A DNA stretch of 64,000 nt from an uncultured Planctomycetia bacterium (GCA_964373505.1 CAYJVC010000004.1:5916-69915); one strand, 5' to 3'. Shown: positions 28,876-39,188, counted from the stretch's first letter. Program-made: numbers and translations. Notes: a model not told the origin generated them from the sequence alone.

Positions 28876-31596
28876 TTAATCTGTAAGGACCTTTAAATTT
28901 TCCAGAAGGCGTTTTTTGCGGTTTTCAAGTTCTTCGGCCCTTTTCTGCTCCTTCTCCACGATCTCCTTGGGTGCCTTCTTCAGAAAATCCTCGTTTTGGA
29001 GCCGGCCCTCGAGGCCGCGGATCATGCGCTCGACGTCCTCAAGCGCGGATTCGATGCGCTGGCGTTCTATCTGCGTGTCGATAAGGCCCGAAAGCACCAC
29101 ATAGGTTTCCACGCGGCCGATGTTGGCGACCGCCGATTCTTTGGGTCGCGCGACGTTTTTGCCTATCTGCAGTGACGAAACCTTCGCCATTTGCACGATG
29201 TAGGTGGAGTATTCTTTCAGGATCTTCAATTCGCGGTCGCGTGAAGTCTTGATCGCCACGGCCACAAGCTCCTTCGGATCGATCTGCCAGGCCGAACGCA
29301 CGTTTCGGATGGCCTGGATCTCGCTCGTGATGAGCTCAGCCTCGGCCTCCACTTTCGGGTCGATGCGTTTCTTATCCGGCTTCGGCCAGGAGCTTATCAT
29401 GATGGACTCCCCTTTATGCGGGATCTTCTGCCACACCTCTTCGGTGATGAACGGCATGAAAGGGTGTAAAAGTTTGAGCGATTTATCAAGCACTTCATTG
29501 AGTGTCCACTGGGTGCCTTCGGATTTGAGGTTGGGTTTGGCCAATTCCACGTACCAGTCGCAGAACTGGTGCCAGAAGAAATCGTAAAGCGTGGAAGTCG
29601 CTTCGTTGAAACGCAGCTTTTCCAGGCTTTCCGTGACGCTGAAGATGGTCTGGTTCAGCCGGCTTAGGATCCAGCGGTCGAAGGGGTTGAAAGCCGCAAG
29701 CTTCGGCGCATTGCCGCCTTTCAGGAAGCCGGTGATCCGCTTTTTGTCCAGGTTCATGATCACGAACCGCGAGGCATTCCAAACCTTGTTCGTGAAATTA
29801 CGCCCCACCTCGAATTTTTCTTTGGAGGCGTGAACGTCCTGTCCTTCCGCAGTGATCGATAGGATGCCGTAGCGCAGCGCATCGGCGCCATATTCTTCGA
29901 TGATGTGGATGGGGTCGACGGCATTGCCGAGCGATTTCGACATCTTGGCGCCTGTCTCGTCCCGCACGATGCCATGGATGTAGACCTCCTGGAAAGGTTC
30001 CTTGCCCATGAATTCATGGCCGGCCATGATCATGCGCGCAACCCAGAAGAAGATGATCTCGTAGCCGGTGACAAGGCAAGAGGTCGGGTAAAAGAATTTG
30101 AGATCCTTGTTGGATTCGGGCCAGCCGAGCGTGGAAAATGGCCACAGCCAGGAAGAAAACCAGGTGTCCAGGACGTCGGGGTCCTGCGCGAGGTCCACGA
30201 GGCCGCAATGAGGGCACTGTCGGGGAGTCTCTCGCGAGACAATCATGCCGGGTTCGGTGTATACTTTTTGCTCTTTGGCAGGTTGGACAACGATGCATTT
30301 GGCGCGGCAGGGTTCGCAATACCAAACGGGGATCCGGTGCCCCCACCAGATCTGGCGCGAAATACACCAGTCCCGGACGCTGTTCATCCAGTCAAGATAA
30401 ACCTTGGTCCAGCGCTTCGGAGTGAAGGTCGTCCGGCCCTCTCGGACGGCCGCGATCGCGGGCTTTGCCAGCGGCTTCATGCGCACGAACCACTGAGGAG
30501 AAAGGGTGGGTTCGACGATCGTCTGGCAGCGGTAGCAGTGGCCGACCGCGTGCACATGTTCTTTCATTTCCAAAAGGATCCGCCGGTCCTCGAGTTCGGT
30601 GACAATTTTCTTTCGCGCTTCGAACCGGTCAAGCCCGCGGTAAGGGCCCGCGTTTTCATTGAGCGTGCCGTCGGGGTTCAGGATATTCATGAACTCAAGC
30701 CCGTGCTTTTCGGCAAGCTTAAAATCCACGGGGTCGTGGGCCGGCGTGATCTTGAGGGCACCCGTGCCGAATTGCGGGTCGATCAGGTCGTCCCGGATGA
30801 CCGTAAGGCGCCGGTTGAGAAGAGGCAGGATGACGGTTTTGCCTTCCAGGTGCCGGTAACGCTCATCTTTGGGGTTGAATCCCACGGCCGTGTCGCCCAG
30901 CATCGTCTCGGGACGTGTCGTCGCGATCGTCAAATGCTGATCGGTCCCTTCGATCGCGTATTTCAGATAATAAAGATGGCCCGTGATCTCCTTGTGCTGC
31001 ACCTCTTCGTCGGACAAGGCCGTCTGGCAGCGCGGACACCAGTTGATGATGTATTTGCCGCGATAAATGAGCCCCTTTTCATAAAGGCGCACGAACACTT
31101 CCCGCACGGCCCGCGACAACCCCTCATCCATCGTGAACCGGGTGCGCTCCCAGTCGCACGAAGCGCCCAGGCGATGGAGCTGGCGGATGATCGTGTGGCC
31201 GTATTTCTCTTGCCATTTCCAGACGCGTTTCAGGAATTCCTCGCGGCCCAGCGCTTGCCGTGAGAATCCCTCTTCCTTCAAGGATTTTTCAACGACGTTT
31301 TGCGTCGCAATGCCGGCGTGGTCGGTGCCCGGGACCCAGAGCGCCTCAAATCCTTTCATGCGCTTGTAGCGGATGAGAATGTCCTGAAGGGTGTTGTTCA
31401 GCGCGTGGCCCATGTGGAGAATGCCGGTCACGTTCGGCGGCGGGATCACGATCGTATAAGGTTTTTTTTTCGACCGGGCAGACGCGGTGAAGTAGCGCTT
31501 CGCCAGCCACTCTTGGTACCGGCTCTTCTCGACCTGCTTGGCGTTGTAGACCTTTGGGAGCTCGTGGCTCGGGCTGTGAAGTGTCTGGGGGTTCAT
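28876..31596 (-). CDS. valS: valine--tRNA ligase
   Basis: 906 aa with HMGH and KMSKS motifs and a C-terminal coiled coil. Confidence 0.95.
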   Translation of the reverse strand: MNPQTLHSPSHELPKVYNAKQVEKSRYQEWLAKRYFTASARSKKKPYTIVIPPPNVTGILHMGHALNNTLQDILIRYKRMKGFEALWVPGTDHAGIATQNVVEKSLKEEGFSRQALGREEFLKRVWKWQEKYGHTIIRQLHRLGASCDWERTRFTMDEGLSRAVREVFVRLYEKGLIYRGKYIINWCPRCQTALSDEEVQHKEITGHLYYLKYAIEGTDQHLTIATTRPETMLGDTAVGFNPKDERYRHLEGKTVILPLLNRRLTVIRDDLIDPQFGTGALKITPAHDPVDFKLAEKHGLEFMNILNPDGTLNENAGPYRGLDRFEARKKIVTELEDRRILLEMKEHVHAVGHCYRCQTIVEPTLSPQWFVRMKPLAKPAIAAVREGRTTFTPKRWTKVYLDWMNSVRDWCISRQIWWGHRIPVWYCEPCRAKCIVVQPAKEQKVYTEPGMIVSRETPRQCPHCGLVDLAQDPDVLDTWFSSWLWPFSTLGWPESNKDLKFFYPTSCLVTGYEIIFFWVARMIMAGHEFMGKEPFQEVYIHGIVRDETGAKMSKSLGNAVDPIHIIEEYGADALRYGILSITAEGQDVHASKEKFEVGRNFTNKVWNASRFVIMNLDKKRITGFLKGGNAPKLAAFNPFDRWILSRLNQTIFSVTESLEKLRFNEATSTLYDFFWHQFCDWYVELAKPNLKSEGTQWTLNEVLDKSLKLLHPFMPFITEEVWQKIPHKGESIMISSWPKPDKKRIDPKVEAEAELITSEIQAIRNVRSAWQIDPKELVAVAIKTSRDRELKILKEYSTYIVQMAKVSSLQIGKNVARPKESAVANIGRVETYVVLSGLIDTQIERQRIESALEDVERMIRGLEGRLQNEDFLKKAPKEIVEKEQKRAEELENRKKRLLENLKVLTD

Positions 31597-31618
31597 AACT
31601 TATGTAACTCAGTGACCC

Positions 31619-33181
31619 TTAATTTATGAGCTTGTATTCGATCGCGTCCACGAGCGCCTCCCAACTGGCATCGATGATGTTGCTCGAGACACCGACCGTC
31701 GTCCAGATCTTTTTGTCGTCCCTGGACTCGATGATCACGCGCACCTTGGCGGCGGTGCCGGCTTCGGAATTAACGACGCGTACTTTGTAGTCGTCCAGAT
31801 GGATCTCTTGAACTTGGGGGTAAAACGGCCGCAGCGCTTCCTTGAGCGCTTTGTCGAGCGCATTCACCGGGCCATCCCCTTGCGCCGTGGCAGTGTTTTC
31901 CTCTTTTCCCACGGTGAGCCGGATTTTGGCCGTGGAATCGGGGTTTTTATCGGCGATATTTTCAGCAAGAACCTCAACTTTCTTGAATTCAAAGAATTTT
32001 TTCCTTTTTCCGGTGACTTCCCGGAGCAATAGCTCGAAACTGGCCTCGGCCGATTCGTATTGATAGCCCTCATTTTCCTTTTCCTGCACTTTTTGGAGGA
32101 TCTTACGGGTCTCAGGCGATTCCTTCTTTAACTCGATGTCGAGTTCCTGCGCCCTCAGCATGATGTTCGTCTTTCCTCCGAGCTCCGAAATGAGAAAGCG
32201 CCGCCGGTTGCCCACAAGCGACGGATCAATGTGCTCGTAGGTCTGGGGATTTTTCATGACCGCGTTGATGTGGACGCCGCCTTTGTGCGCGAAAGCGCTC
32301 TGGCCGACATAGGGCTGGTTCTTAGGCAGCGCCATGTTGCCCACTTCGCTCACAAAACGCGCCACTTCCGTGAATTCCTTAAGTTTCTGCGGCGCCACGC
32401 AGGCATAGCCGAGCTTCAACTGAAGATTGGCGGTGATGGCCAAGAGATCGGGATTGCCGCAGCGTTCTCCGAACCCGTTGACGGTCCCCTGAACATGCGT
32501 TGCGCCCGCTTCGACGGCCGCCACCGCGTTCGCGATCCCCACCCCGCAGTCGTTGTGCGTGTGGATCCCGAGGGTTCCGCCGAGTTTCGCGCGCACCTCG
32601 GAGACGATCTGTGAGACCTTGGACGGAAGGCTGCCGCCGTTCGTGTCGCAAAGCACCAGCACCGAGGCGCCGGCCTCAAGCGCAGCCTCAAGGGTTTTCA
32701 ACGCATACGCGGGATTTTGCGTGTAACCGTCAAAAAAATGCTCGGCGTCGTAGACCACTGTTTTTTCTTTGGATCTTAAATACCGCACCGAATCCTGGAT
32801 CATGCGGATATTTTCTTCCAGCTCCGTTTTAAACACTTCTTGGACGTGCATGTCCCAGCTTTTGCCGAAGATCGTAATGACTTGGGTGCCGGCGGCCACG
32901 AGGCCCCTCAGGTTGTCGTCTTCGGCGGCCTTCGTGCGGGCCTTGCGCGTTGAACCGAATGCGACGATCTGGGAATTTTTCAGCTTCACTTTCCGGATCT
33001 GGTCAAAAAACTCAATATCTTTCGGATTGGCACCCGGCCAGCCGCCCTCGATAAAGTGAAGCCCCAGCTCGTCGATCCTTTTGGCGATCAGGATCTTGTC
33101 CTGAACGGAAAAAGAGATCCCCTCACTTTGCGAGCCGTCTCTCAAGGTGGTGTCGTAGATCTGGATCCGCTTGGAGGTCAT
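31619..33181 (-). CDS. (R)-citramalate synthase / 2-isopropylmalate synthase family (CimA-like) with C-terminal LeuA-dimer domain
   Basis: IQIYDTTLRDGSQSEGISFS...IEGGWPGANPKDIEFF. It sits at the head of the lysC-thrB-like-thrC-hom block, suggesting the citramalate route to isoleucine. Confidence 0.65.
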   Translation of the reverse strand: MTSKRIQIYDTTLRDGSQSEGISFSVQDKILIAKRIDELGLHFIEGGWPGANPKDIEFFDQIRKVKLKNSQIVAFGSTRKARTKAAEDDNLRGLVAAGTQVITIFGKSWDMHVQEVFKTELEENIRMIQDSVRYLRSKEKTVVYDAEHFFDGYTQNPAYALKTLEAALEAGASVLVLCDTNGGSLPSKVSQIVSEVRAKLGGTLGIHTHNDCGVGIANAVAAVEAGATHVQGTVNGFGERCGNPDLLAITANLQLKLGYACVAPQKLKEFTEVARFVSEVGNMALPKNQPYVGQSAFAHKGGVHINAVMKNPQTYEHIDPSLVGNRRRFLISELGGKTNIMLRAQELDIELKKESPETRKILQKVQEKENEGYQYESAEASFELLLREVTGKRKKFFEFKKVEVLAENIADKNPDSTAKIRLTVGKEENTATAQGDGPVNALDKALKEALRPFYPQVQEIHLDDYKVRVVNSEAGTAAKVRVIIESRDDKKIWTTVGVSSNIIDASWEALVDAIEYKLIN

Positions 33182-34407
33182 GCCTTGTTTGACCTTTCGA
33201 GTTTGAATTTGTTGTGCAAAAGCCGGACCGCTTTTTCAGCCTCGCTTTTTTTGACGACGCAGGAGATCTTGATCTCGCTGGTGGAGATCATCTCGATATT
33301 GATCCTGTTCTTTCCGAGCGTCTCAAACATCGCGGCCGCAACACCCGCATGGCTTCGCATGCCGATGCCGACCACGGAGACCTTTGCGATATTCGGATCG
33401 AGCAGCACTTCTTTTGCGCCGATCTTCTTCGAGGCGGCTTTGAGCGCGTGCACGGCCCGGAGAGCGTCGCCTTTGGGCACCGTGAACGAGATGTCCGTGT
33501 TGAAGGCGGACTTCCCGATATTCTGGATGATCATGTCCACATGGATCCCCTTGTTCGCAAGGGTCTTAAAAATGCCCGCCGCGATGCCGGGCCGGTTGGG
33601 GACGCCTCGCACAGAAATTTTAGCTTCGTTTTTATTTAAAGTTACGCCGCGGATCAATACGTCTTCCATTGAGCTATCCTCCTTCACGATCCATGTGCCT
33701 TCGTTTTTTGTAAAACTGCTCCTGACATGAAGCGGAATATGGTGCTTACCGGCCAACTCGATAGACCGCGACTGCATGACCTGTGCGCCGCTCGAGGCCA
33801 TTTCCAGCATCTCCTCATAACTGATCTTCCGGATTTTCCTGGCTTTTTTCACAAGGCGCGGGTCCGTGGTGAATATTCCCTCGACATCCGTGTAGATCTC
33901 GCAGGCGTCGGCCTCCAGCGCCTTTGCAAGCGCAACCGCGGTTAGGTCGCTGCCGCCGCGGCCGAGTGTGGTGATGTCATTTTGCGGGTTGACTCCTTGA
34001 AAGCCCGCCACGATCACAACCTTCTTATTCTTAAGCTCCCGTAAAATACGTTGGGTATTGATATGGCGGATGCGCGCGCAGGTGTGCGCGGGGCTTGTGC
34101 GAATGCCCACCTGCCAGCCCGTAAATGAAACAGCCGCGCTCCCGAGCTTCTCGAGCGCCATCGCCAGAAGCGCCATGGAGACCTGCTCCCCCGTGGACAT
34201 CAGAACATCGAGTTCCCGCTCGGAAGGTTTTCGTGTGATCCGGGAAGCGAGCCCCAAAAGTTCGTCCGTCGTGTCGCCCAACGCACTCACCACGACCACG
34301 AGGCGGTGCCCTTTTTTTCGGGTGTCATCGATCCGGCGGGCGACATTTTTGATCCGGTCGGGATTTGCGACGCTTGAGCCGCCGAATTTCTGCACGATCA
34401 GTTTCAT
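33178..34407 (-). CDS. lysC: aspartate kinase
   Basis: MKLIVQKFGGSSVANPDRIKNVA start and C-terminal ACT domains. The track ORF includes a 15-aa extension that is really the family-A element. Confidence 0.9.
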   Translation of the reverse strand: MKLIVQKFGGSSVANPDRIKNVARRIDDTRKKGHRLVVVVSALGDTTDELLGLASRITRKPSERELDVLMSTGEQVSMALLAMALEKLGSAAVSFTGWQVGIRTSPAHTCARIRHINTQRILRELKNKKVVIVAGFQGVNPQNDITTLGRGGSDLTAVALAKALEADACEIYTDVEGIFTTDPRLVKKARKIRKISYEEMLEMASSGAQVMQSRSIELAGKHHIPLHVRSSFTKNEGTWIVKEDSSMEDVLIRGVTLNKNEAKISVRGVPNRPGIAAGIFKTLANKGIHVDMIIQNIGKSAFNTDISFTVPKGDALRAVHALKAASKKIGAKEVLLDPNIAKVSVVGIGMRSHAGVAAAMFETLGKNRINIEMISTSEIKISCVVKKSEAEKAVRLLHNKFKLERSNKA

Positions 34408-34490
34408 CCCACCACCTCTTTTCGAGGCGGCATAGCCGCCTCCGCGTGACAAACTGAAATTGAAAATTTCAAAAGAGGGGGTGGGGTCAT
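34404..34490 (-). repeat. family-A palindromic element (copy b) with 28-aa micro-ORF MTPPPLLKFSISVCHAEAAMPPRKEVVG
   Basis: Arms CCCACCCCCTCTTTT / AAAAGAGGTGGTGGG. Its ATG overlaps the apgM TGA and its TGA overlaps the lysC ATG (ATGA at both ends). Confidence 0.75.
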
Positions 34491-35632
34491 TTCAAAAAAT
34501 GCTCCATGAGCGGGTGTCCTTCAGGGAATTGAAGTTTGCTTTGAGCCGCCGTTTTTTCGTTGAAGCCCGGGTGCTTTTCCGCGGCGAATCCGTGCCCCGC
34601 GATGAGGAACGGCACCGGCCCGTGAGCAGCCGAACGGCTCGCGGAGGATGTCGCCGTGTCCGTGCAAACGAGCAAACGGTGATCCCCCAGGTTTTCCAGG
34701 CACTTCGTGGCAATTCCCACAACCTGCGCATCAAAGCGTTCGATCAGACGAATTTTTGTTTTCCAGGGATCGGTTTCGGGTTGTACCTGGTCTGCGGCCA
34801 TGTACACGAACGTGAGTTCATGGTTTCGGAGCGCCTTTTCAAGGTCGTCGACGACCTTGAAACCCAGGGACAGTCCGAGCCCCTTGGCAAAATCAGCCTG
34901 AGAAAATACGGCGCCGTCCACGCCAAAGCGATCCTTGAAACGGGGAAGCCGGGGCCGGCGGCCCTGCCCCCAGGGCCAGATCATGTTCGCCGGATTTTCC
35001 CCGAGGTCTATCCTGACCCGGTTGATCTCATGGTGCTCCAGAACGGTCTTGGATTTTTCCATGAGACTTGTGATGACCTCGGCGTCTTCCCCCTTCGGGA
35101 GCACCTTGGCCATTTTCTGACCGATCGCCCGTGAAGGCGGAACGCACTCCAGCTCATCGAGACTTTCGGCCTTTTCAGGGTCACGGATCATCAGGATATT
35201 TTTGTAGCCTTCTCTCGGATAGAACTTGATCTGCGGGCTTGAGAGTTTTTTATTGAGTTCCTCGATCAAGAGTGAGGACTCCTCGGGCGGAATGAAGCCT
35301 GCGCTTACATCTGCCAGAAGCCCGTCCGAAACCGTGACAAGGTCGCAGCGGAACGCGATCTCATTGTCGTCCTGGGAGATACCGGCTGCGGCGGCCTCAA
35401 GCGGCGCAACCCCCGTGTAAAATTCTTCCGGAGGGTAACCCAGAATGGCCATCGCCGCGACGTCGCGTGTTAGGGCCAATTTAGGCGACGTGAAGATCGC
35501 CGAACCCACACGGCCTTTTTTTGCCAATTGATGCAAAAATGGGGCTTTTGCCAGTTCCATCGGCGTGCGGCCGCCCAGAGCCTCGACCGGATCGTCCGTG
35601 GCCGCTTCGCAAACCAACACCGCGTATTTCAC
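34487..35632 (-). CDS. cofactor-independent phosphoglycerate mutase (archaeal ApgM type); by context a candidate non-orthologous homoserine kinase
   Basis: 381-aa ApgM-family protein that starts with GTG. It is embedded between lysC and thrC with hom upstream, and no classical thrB is present in the block. Confidence 0.6.
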   Translation of the reverse strand: MKYAVLVCEAATDDPVEALGGRTPMELAKAPFLHQLAKKGRVGSAIFTSPKLALTRDVAAMAILGYPPEEFYTGVAPLEAAAAGISQDDNEIAFRCDLVTVSDGLLADVSAGFIPPEESSLLIEELNKKLSSPQIKFYPREGYKNILMIRDPEKAESLDELECVPPSRAIGQKMAKVLPKGEDAEVITSLMEKSKTVLEHHEINRVRIDLGENPANMIWPWGQGRRPRLPRFKDRFGVDGAVFSQADFAKGLGLSLGFKVVDDLEKALRNHELTFVYMAADQVQPETDPWKTKIRLIERFDAQVVGIATKCLENLGDHRLLVCTDTATSSASRSAAHGPVPFLIAGHGFAAEKHPGFNEKTAAQSKLQFPEGHPLMEHFLK

Positions 35633-35715
35633 CCCATCCCCTCTTTCTGAGGCGCCAACGGCGCCTCGGCGTTGTACGCTGAAATTGAAAAATTCAAAAG
35701 AGGGGATGGGGTCAT
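35629..35715 (-). repeat. family-A palindromic element (copy c) with micro-ORF MTPSPLLNFSISAYNAEAPLAPQKEGMG
   Basis: Arms CCCCATCCCCTCTTTT / AAAGAGGGGATGGGG. It makes an ATGA overlap with the thrC stop and a GTGA overlap with the apgM-like start. Confidence 0.75.
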
Positions 35716-36770
35716 AGTTTTATCGTTTCCAGGATCGCCTCAAGTTTGGCGGGCACCGTTTGCGGTTCTCGGACGGCTTTGACCGCGTAGTCGGGGTCCT
35801 TGAGGCCATGTCCCGTCAACACGCAGACGATCGTAGCCTTTTTTTTCCCCGTAAAATAATTCCGCTTCGCCAATTTCAACACACCGGCGACGCTGGCCGC
35901 GCTCGCGGGCTCCACGAATACGCCGTCATTTTTAGCCAAGAATTCATAGGCGTTCAGGATTTCCTCGTCCGTGACCGAATCGATCACGCCGCCGGATTCG
36001 TCGCGCGCGGCCTCGGCCGGTTTCCAACTCGCCGGGTTCCCGATCCGGATCGCGGTCGCGAGGGTCCTGGGCTCGGGCACCACTTTTTTATTCACGATCG
36101 GCGCGGCACCCTCCGCCTGAAACCCGAGCATCACGGGCTTCGCAGGTACGACTTTTTTGTCGAAGTATTCCTTGTAACCCTTCCAGTAGGCCGTGATATT
36201 TCCCGCGTTCCCGACCGGGATCGCGTGGAAGTCCGGCGCTTGATGGTCCAACTGATCGCAAATCTCGAAGGCCCCCGTCTTTTGCCCTTCGATCCGGTGC
36301 GGGTTCAGGGAATTCACGAGTTTTGCCGGATACTTCGAGGAAATTTCTTTGACCATCTGAAACGCGGCGTCAAAATTTCCGTCGAGCGCCAAGACTTGCG
36401 CACCGTGGATCAACGCCTGGCCGAGCTTTCCCAGCGCCACGGCGCCCTTCGGGATCAACACCACGCATTTAAGCCCCGCCTTTGCCGCGTAGGCGGCCGC
36501 CGAGGCGGACGTGTTGCCGGTGGAAGCGCAGATCACGACCTTAGCCCCCTCCTCGCATGCCTTGGAAATGGCCACCGTCATTCCCCGGTCCTTGAAGGAA
36601 CCGGTGGGATTCAGGCCCTCATATTTCAAATAGACCGAGGCTTTCAGGTTTTTCGAGAGCGCTTCGGAAAAGATCAGAGGCGTATTTCCCTCGTTCAGAG
36701 TGACGACAGGGGTCGCGGCGCTCACGGGCAGATACGCCCTGTATTTTTCGATGACCCCGCCCCACCTCAT
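35712..36770 (-). CDS. thrC: threonine synthase
   Basis: 352 aa with a PLP-lysine region GSFKDRG. Confidence 0.9.
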   Translation of the reverse strand: MRWGGVIEKYRAYLPVSAATPVVTLNEGNTPLIFSEALSKNLKASVYLKYEGLNPTGSFKDRGMTVAISKACEEGAKVVICASTGNTSASAAAYAAKAGLKCVVLIPKGAVALGKLGQALIHGAQVLALDGNFDAAFQMVKEISSKYPAKLVNSLNPHRIEGQKTGAFEICDQLDHQAPDFHAIPVGNAGNITAYWKGYKEYFDKKVVPAKPVMLGFQAEGAAPIVNKKVVPEPRTLATAIRIGNPASWKPAEAARDESGGVIDSVTDEEILNAYEFLAKNDGVFVEPASAASVAGVLKLAKRNYFTGKKKATIVCVLTGHGLKDPDYAVKAVREPQTVPAKLEAILETIKL

Positions 36771-38074
36771 GGCTCGACCCGTATCACGACCGTTTTTTCG
36801 CGAACGTCCTTGGCCCGGTCGATCTCGGAAAGCGCCCCTCTCAAGTCCCTTTCCTCCGCCTCATACGTAAGGATGATGACGGGAACCGAGCGGCTTGAGT
36901 GAGATTCCTTCTGGTGCACGCTCAAGATGGAGATCCCGTGTTTCCCTAGGCTTTGGGCGATCCGGCCGAGAACCCCCGGCCGGTCCGCCACCTGAAAACG
37001 CAGATAATATTTTGAGACGAGTTTCCCGATCGGCAGCACTTTCTGCGGCGTCGCGGACCATGACGCGCAGGCTTCTACATCGGCCTCCTGAGAAATTTTT
37101 TTGGCAATGTCGATCACGTCGCTCACGACGGCGGAAGCGGTTGGGAACATTCCCGCGCCGCGGCCGTAAAAAAGAAGATCGCCGGCCTGATTGGCATGAA
37201 CGAACACGGCGTTGTAAACGCCGCGCACATGGGAAAGCGGGTGGTCCATCGGCAGCATCGTCGGATGCACGCGAAGCTCAAGCCCCTCTTTCAGCTTTTT
37301 GCCGATCGCCAGGAGTTTGATCGCGTAGCCAAGCTCCTTCGCATAGGTCACATCCGCGGCGTTGAGCGAACGAATGCCTTCCACGTGGATCGACCGGAAC
37401 GGAAGCTCGGCTCCAAAGGCGAGGCGCGCGAGCAGGGCCAATTTATGCGCGGAGTCGGTCCCGTCGATGTCGAGCGCGGGGTTCTTTTCGGCGTAGCCTT
37501 TCCGCTGAGCCTCTTTTAGAGCTTCGTGGAAGGGGCTTGCGTTCTCGGACATGGCCGACAGAATGCTGTTGCAGGTCCCATTCACGATGCCCAGAAAATG
37601 TGAAATTTTATTGGACGCCAGGCCCTCCGTTAGTGATTTGACGATTGGGATCCCGCCACAGACACTCGCCTCGATCCCCAACTTCCTATGGTGGAGAAAG
37701 GCCTCATTAAAAAGGCTCTTGCCCTGCTCCGCCAACAGCGCCTTGTTGGCCGTCACGACGTGCTTGCCATGGCGAAACGCTCCAAGAATGATGCCTTTTG
37801 CAGGATGGACCCCTCCTATCAACTCGACCACGATGTCGATCGTCGGGTCTTTCCAAAGATCGGAAGGACGACCCGTCAGAAGCGCGCGCGGCACCACGAG
37901 CGGCCTTTTTTTGGAAACGTGCCTTACGCAGACTTTTTTGATCACAAGCCGCAATCCGGTTTTGGCCTCGATTTCTTTGGCGCCGGACCGGAGGATCCGG
38001 TACACACCCCTTCCCACGGTTCCAAGCCCCAGAATTCCTATAGCGATCGTTTTAGCCGGCAGGGATCCGGTCAT
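36767..38074 (-). CDS. hom: homoserine dehydrogenase (with C-terminal ACT domain)
   Basis: IAIGILGLGTVGRGV Rossmann N-terminus, 435 aa. Confidence 0.9.
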   Translation of the reverse strand: MTGSLPAKTIAIGILGLGTVGRGVYRILRSGAKEIEAKTGLRLVIKKVCVRHVSKKRPLVVPRALLTGRPSDLWKDPTIDIVVELIGGVHPAKGIILGAFRHGKHVVTANKALLAEQGKSLFNEAFLHHRKLGIEASVCGGIPIVKSLTEGLASNKISHFLGIVNGTCNSILSAMSENASPFHEALKEAQRKGYAEKNPALDIDGTDSAHKLALLARLAFGAELPFRSIHVEGIRSLNAADVTYAKELGYAIKLLAIGKKLKEGLELRVHPTMLPMDHPLSHVRGVYNAVFVHANQAGDLLFYGRGAGMFPTASAVVSDVIDIAKKISQEADVEACASWSATPQKVLPIGKLVSKYYLRFQVADRPGVLGRIAQSLGKHGISILSVHQKESHSSRSVPVIILTYEAEERDLRGALSEIDRAKDVREKTVVIRVEP

Positions 38075-38093
38075 TTTTCTCTTTCATAAATTG

Positions 38094-38169
38094 TCGGGGT
38101 GGTGAGATTTGAACTCACGATCTCGCGCACCCCAAGCGCGCGCTCTGGACCAAGCTGAGCCACACCCCG
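38094..38169 (-). tRNA. tRNA-Pro (GGG anticodon)
   Basis: Cloverleaf CGGGGTGTGGCTCAGCTTGGTCCAGAGCGCGCGCTTGGGGTGCGCGAGATCGTGAGTTCAAATCTCACCACCCCGA with anticodon loop TTGGGGT. CCA is not encoded. Confidence 0.8.
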
Positions 38170-38177
38170 TATAATTT

Positions 38178-39188
38178 TCATAGGTTTTCCTTGTAAGGCT
38201 CGCGGTGCATCAGCGCTTTCACCACCTGACGCGGCTCCGCGCCTTTGAATAAAATATGATAAACCGCTTCCGAAATAGGCATGGCAATTTTGTGCTTTCT
38301 GGCCAATCGGGTGGCCGCCTCGGCGGTCGCGACACCTTCTACGACCATCTCAGTGCCTTTCAGGACATATTTAAGGCCGACGCCTTTCGCGATCTCTTTG
38401 CCAAGCCAACGGTTGCGGCTTTGGGGACTGAGGCAGGTCGTCGTCAAATCACCCAGGCCGCTTAAACCCATGAATGTCTCGCGCCGGGCGCCCATGGCTG
38501 TCCCGAGTCTGGCCATTTCCGCCAGGCCGCGCGCAAAAAGCACGGCGCGCGTGTTCGCGCCGAACCCGAGGCCCTCCACGATCCCGGAGCAGATCGCGAT
38601 CACATTTTTGATCGACCCCCCGAGCTCGACACCCACCAGGTCGTCGTTTTCAAAAAGGCTAAATGCGGCTGTCTCAAAGATCTTTCTTATTTTTTTCGGG
38701 TCTCCGCGGCGGTTGGAAGCAACGGAAGCGGCCGAGGGCATTTTCAGCGCGACCTCGCGGGCGATGCAGGGGCCTGAGATCACACTGAGCGGAACGCGTC
38801 CGAGCTCATCCGCCACCACTTGGGACATGGTTTTGAGGCTTTTTGTCTCAATGCCTTTTGCGACCGACACAAAGCTCAGATGCCGAAGTCCTGTCTTGCC
38901 GATTTTTTTCAGCACGCCGCGCATGAATTGCGACGGCGCCGCCAACACCGCGATGTCCGCTTGACGGCAGGCCTCATGAATGTCCGGGGTCAGCCGCACC
39001 TTTTCCGGTATCCGAAAGCCGGGTAGAAATTTTACATTCTCCCTTTTTCGCCGGATTTCTTCCACGTATTCGGGAAACGCGCCCCACAGACGGACTTCAT
39101 ATCCTTTTTCCGCCAAAAGCAGCGCCAGCGTCGTGCCCCAGCCGCCGTCGCCTAAAATGCTTATTTTTGTATCTTTATATACCGTCAT
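38178..39188 (-). CDS. gpsA: NAD(P)H-dependent glycerol-3-phosphate dehydrogenase
   Basis: KISILGDGGWGTTLALLLAEKGYEV Rossmann N-terminus, 336 aa. Confidence 0.9.
   Translation of the reverse strand: MTVYKDTKISILGDGGWGTTLALLLAEKGYEVRLWGAFPEYVEEIRRKRENVKFLPGFRIPEKVRLTPDIHEACRQADIAVLAAPSQFMRGVLKKIGKTGLRHLSFVSVAKGIETKSLKTMSQVVADELGRVPLSVISGPCIAREVALKMPSAASVASNRRGDPKKIRKIFETAAFSLFENDDLVGVELGGSIKNVIAICSGIVEGLGFGANTRAVLFARGLAEMARLGTAMGARRETFMGLSGLGDLTTTCLSPQSRNRWLGKEIAKGVGLKYVLKGTEMVVEGVATAEAATRLARKHKIAMPISEAVYHILFKGAEPRQVVKALMHREPYKENL

Noticed and set aside
33178-34452. N-terminal extensions in the ORF track (lysC MSRGGGYAASKRGGG; trp[13 protein letters not shown]...; hemA 75 aa; plsY 140 aa; M16 93 aa; rpe 28 aa; cobA 67 aa; coaX 27 aa)
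   Set aside because: The extensions overlap the upstream gene or consist of translated repeat sequence. Conserved protein N-termini begin at internal ATG or GTG codons that overlap the upstream stop.
34404-34490. G-rich arms (GGGGGTGGGG) as G-quadruplex-forming motifs
   Set aside because: Most copies have only two G-tracts per strand per arm; only the nested trpE/G copy reaches four. Each G-tract is perfectly complementary to a C-tract 40-60 nt away, so a duplex hairpin is the simpler explanation.
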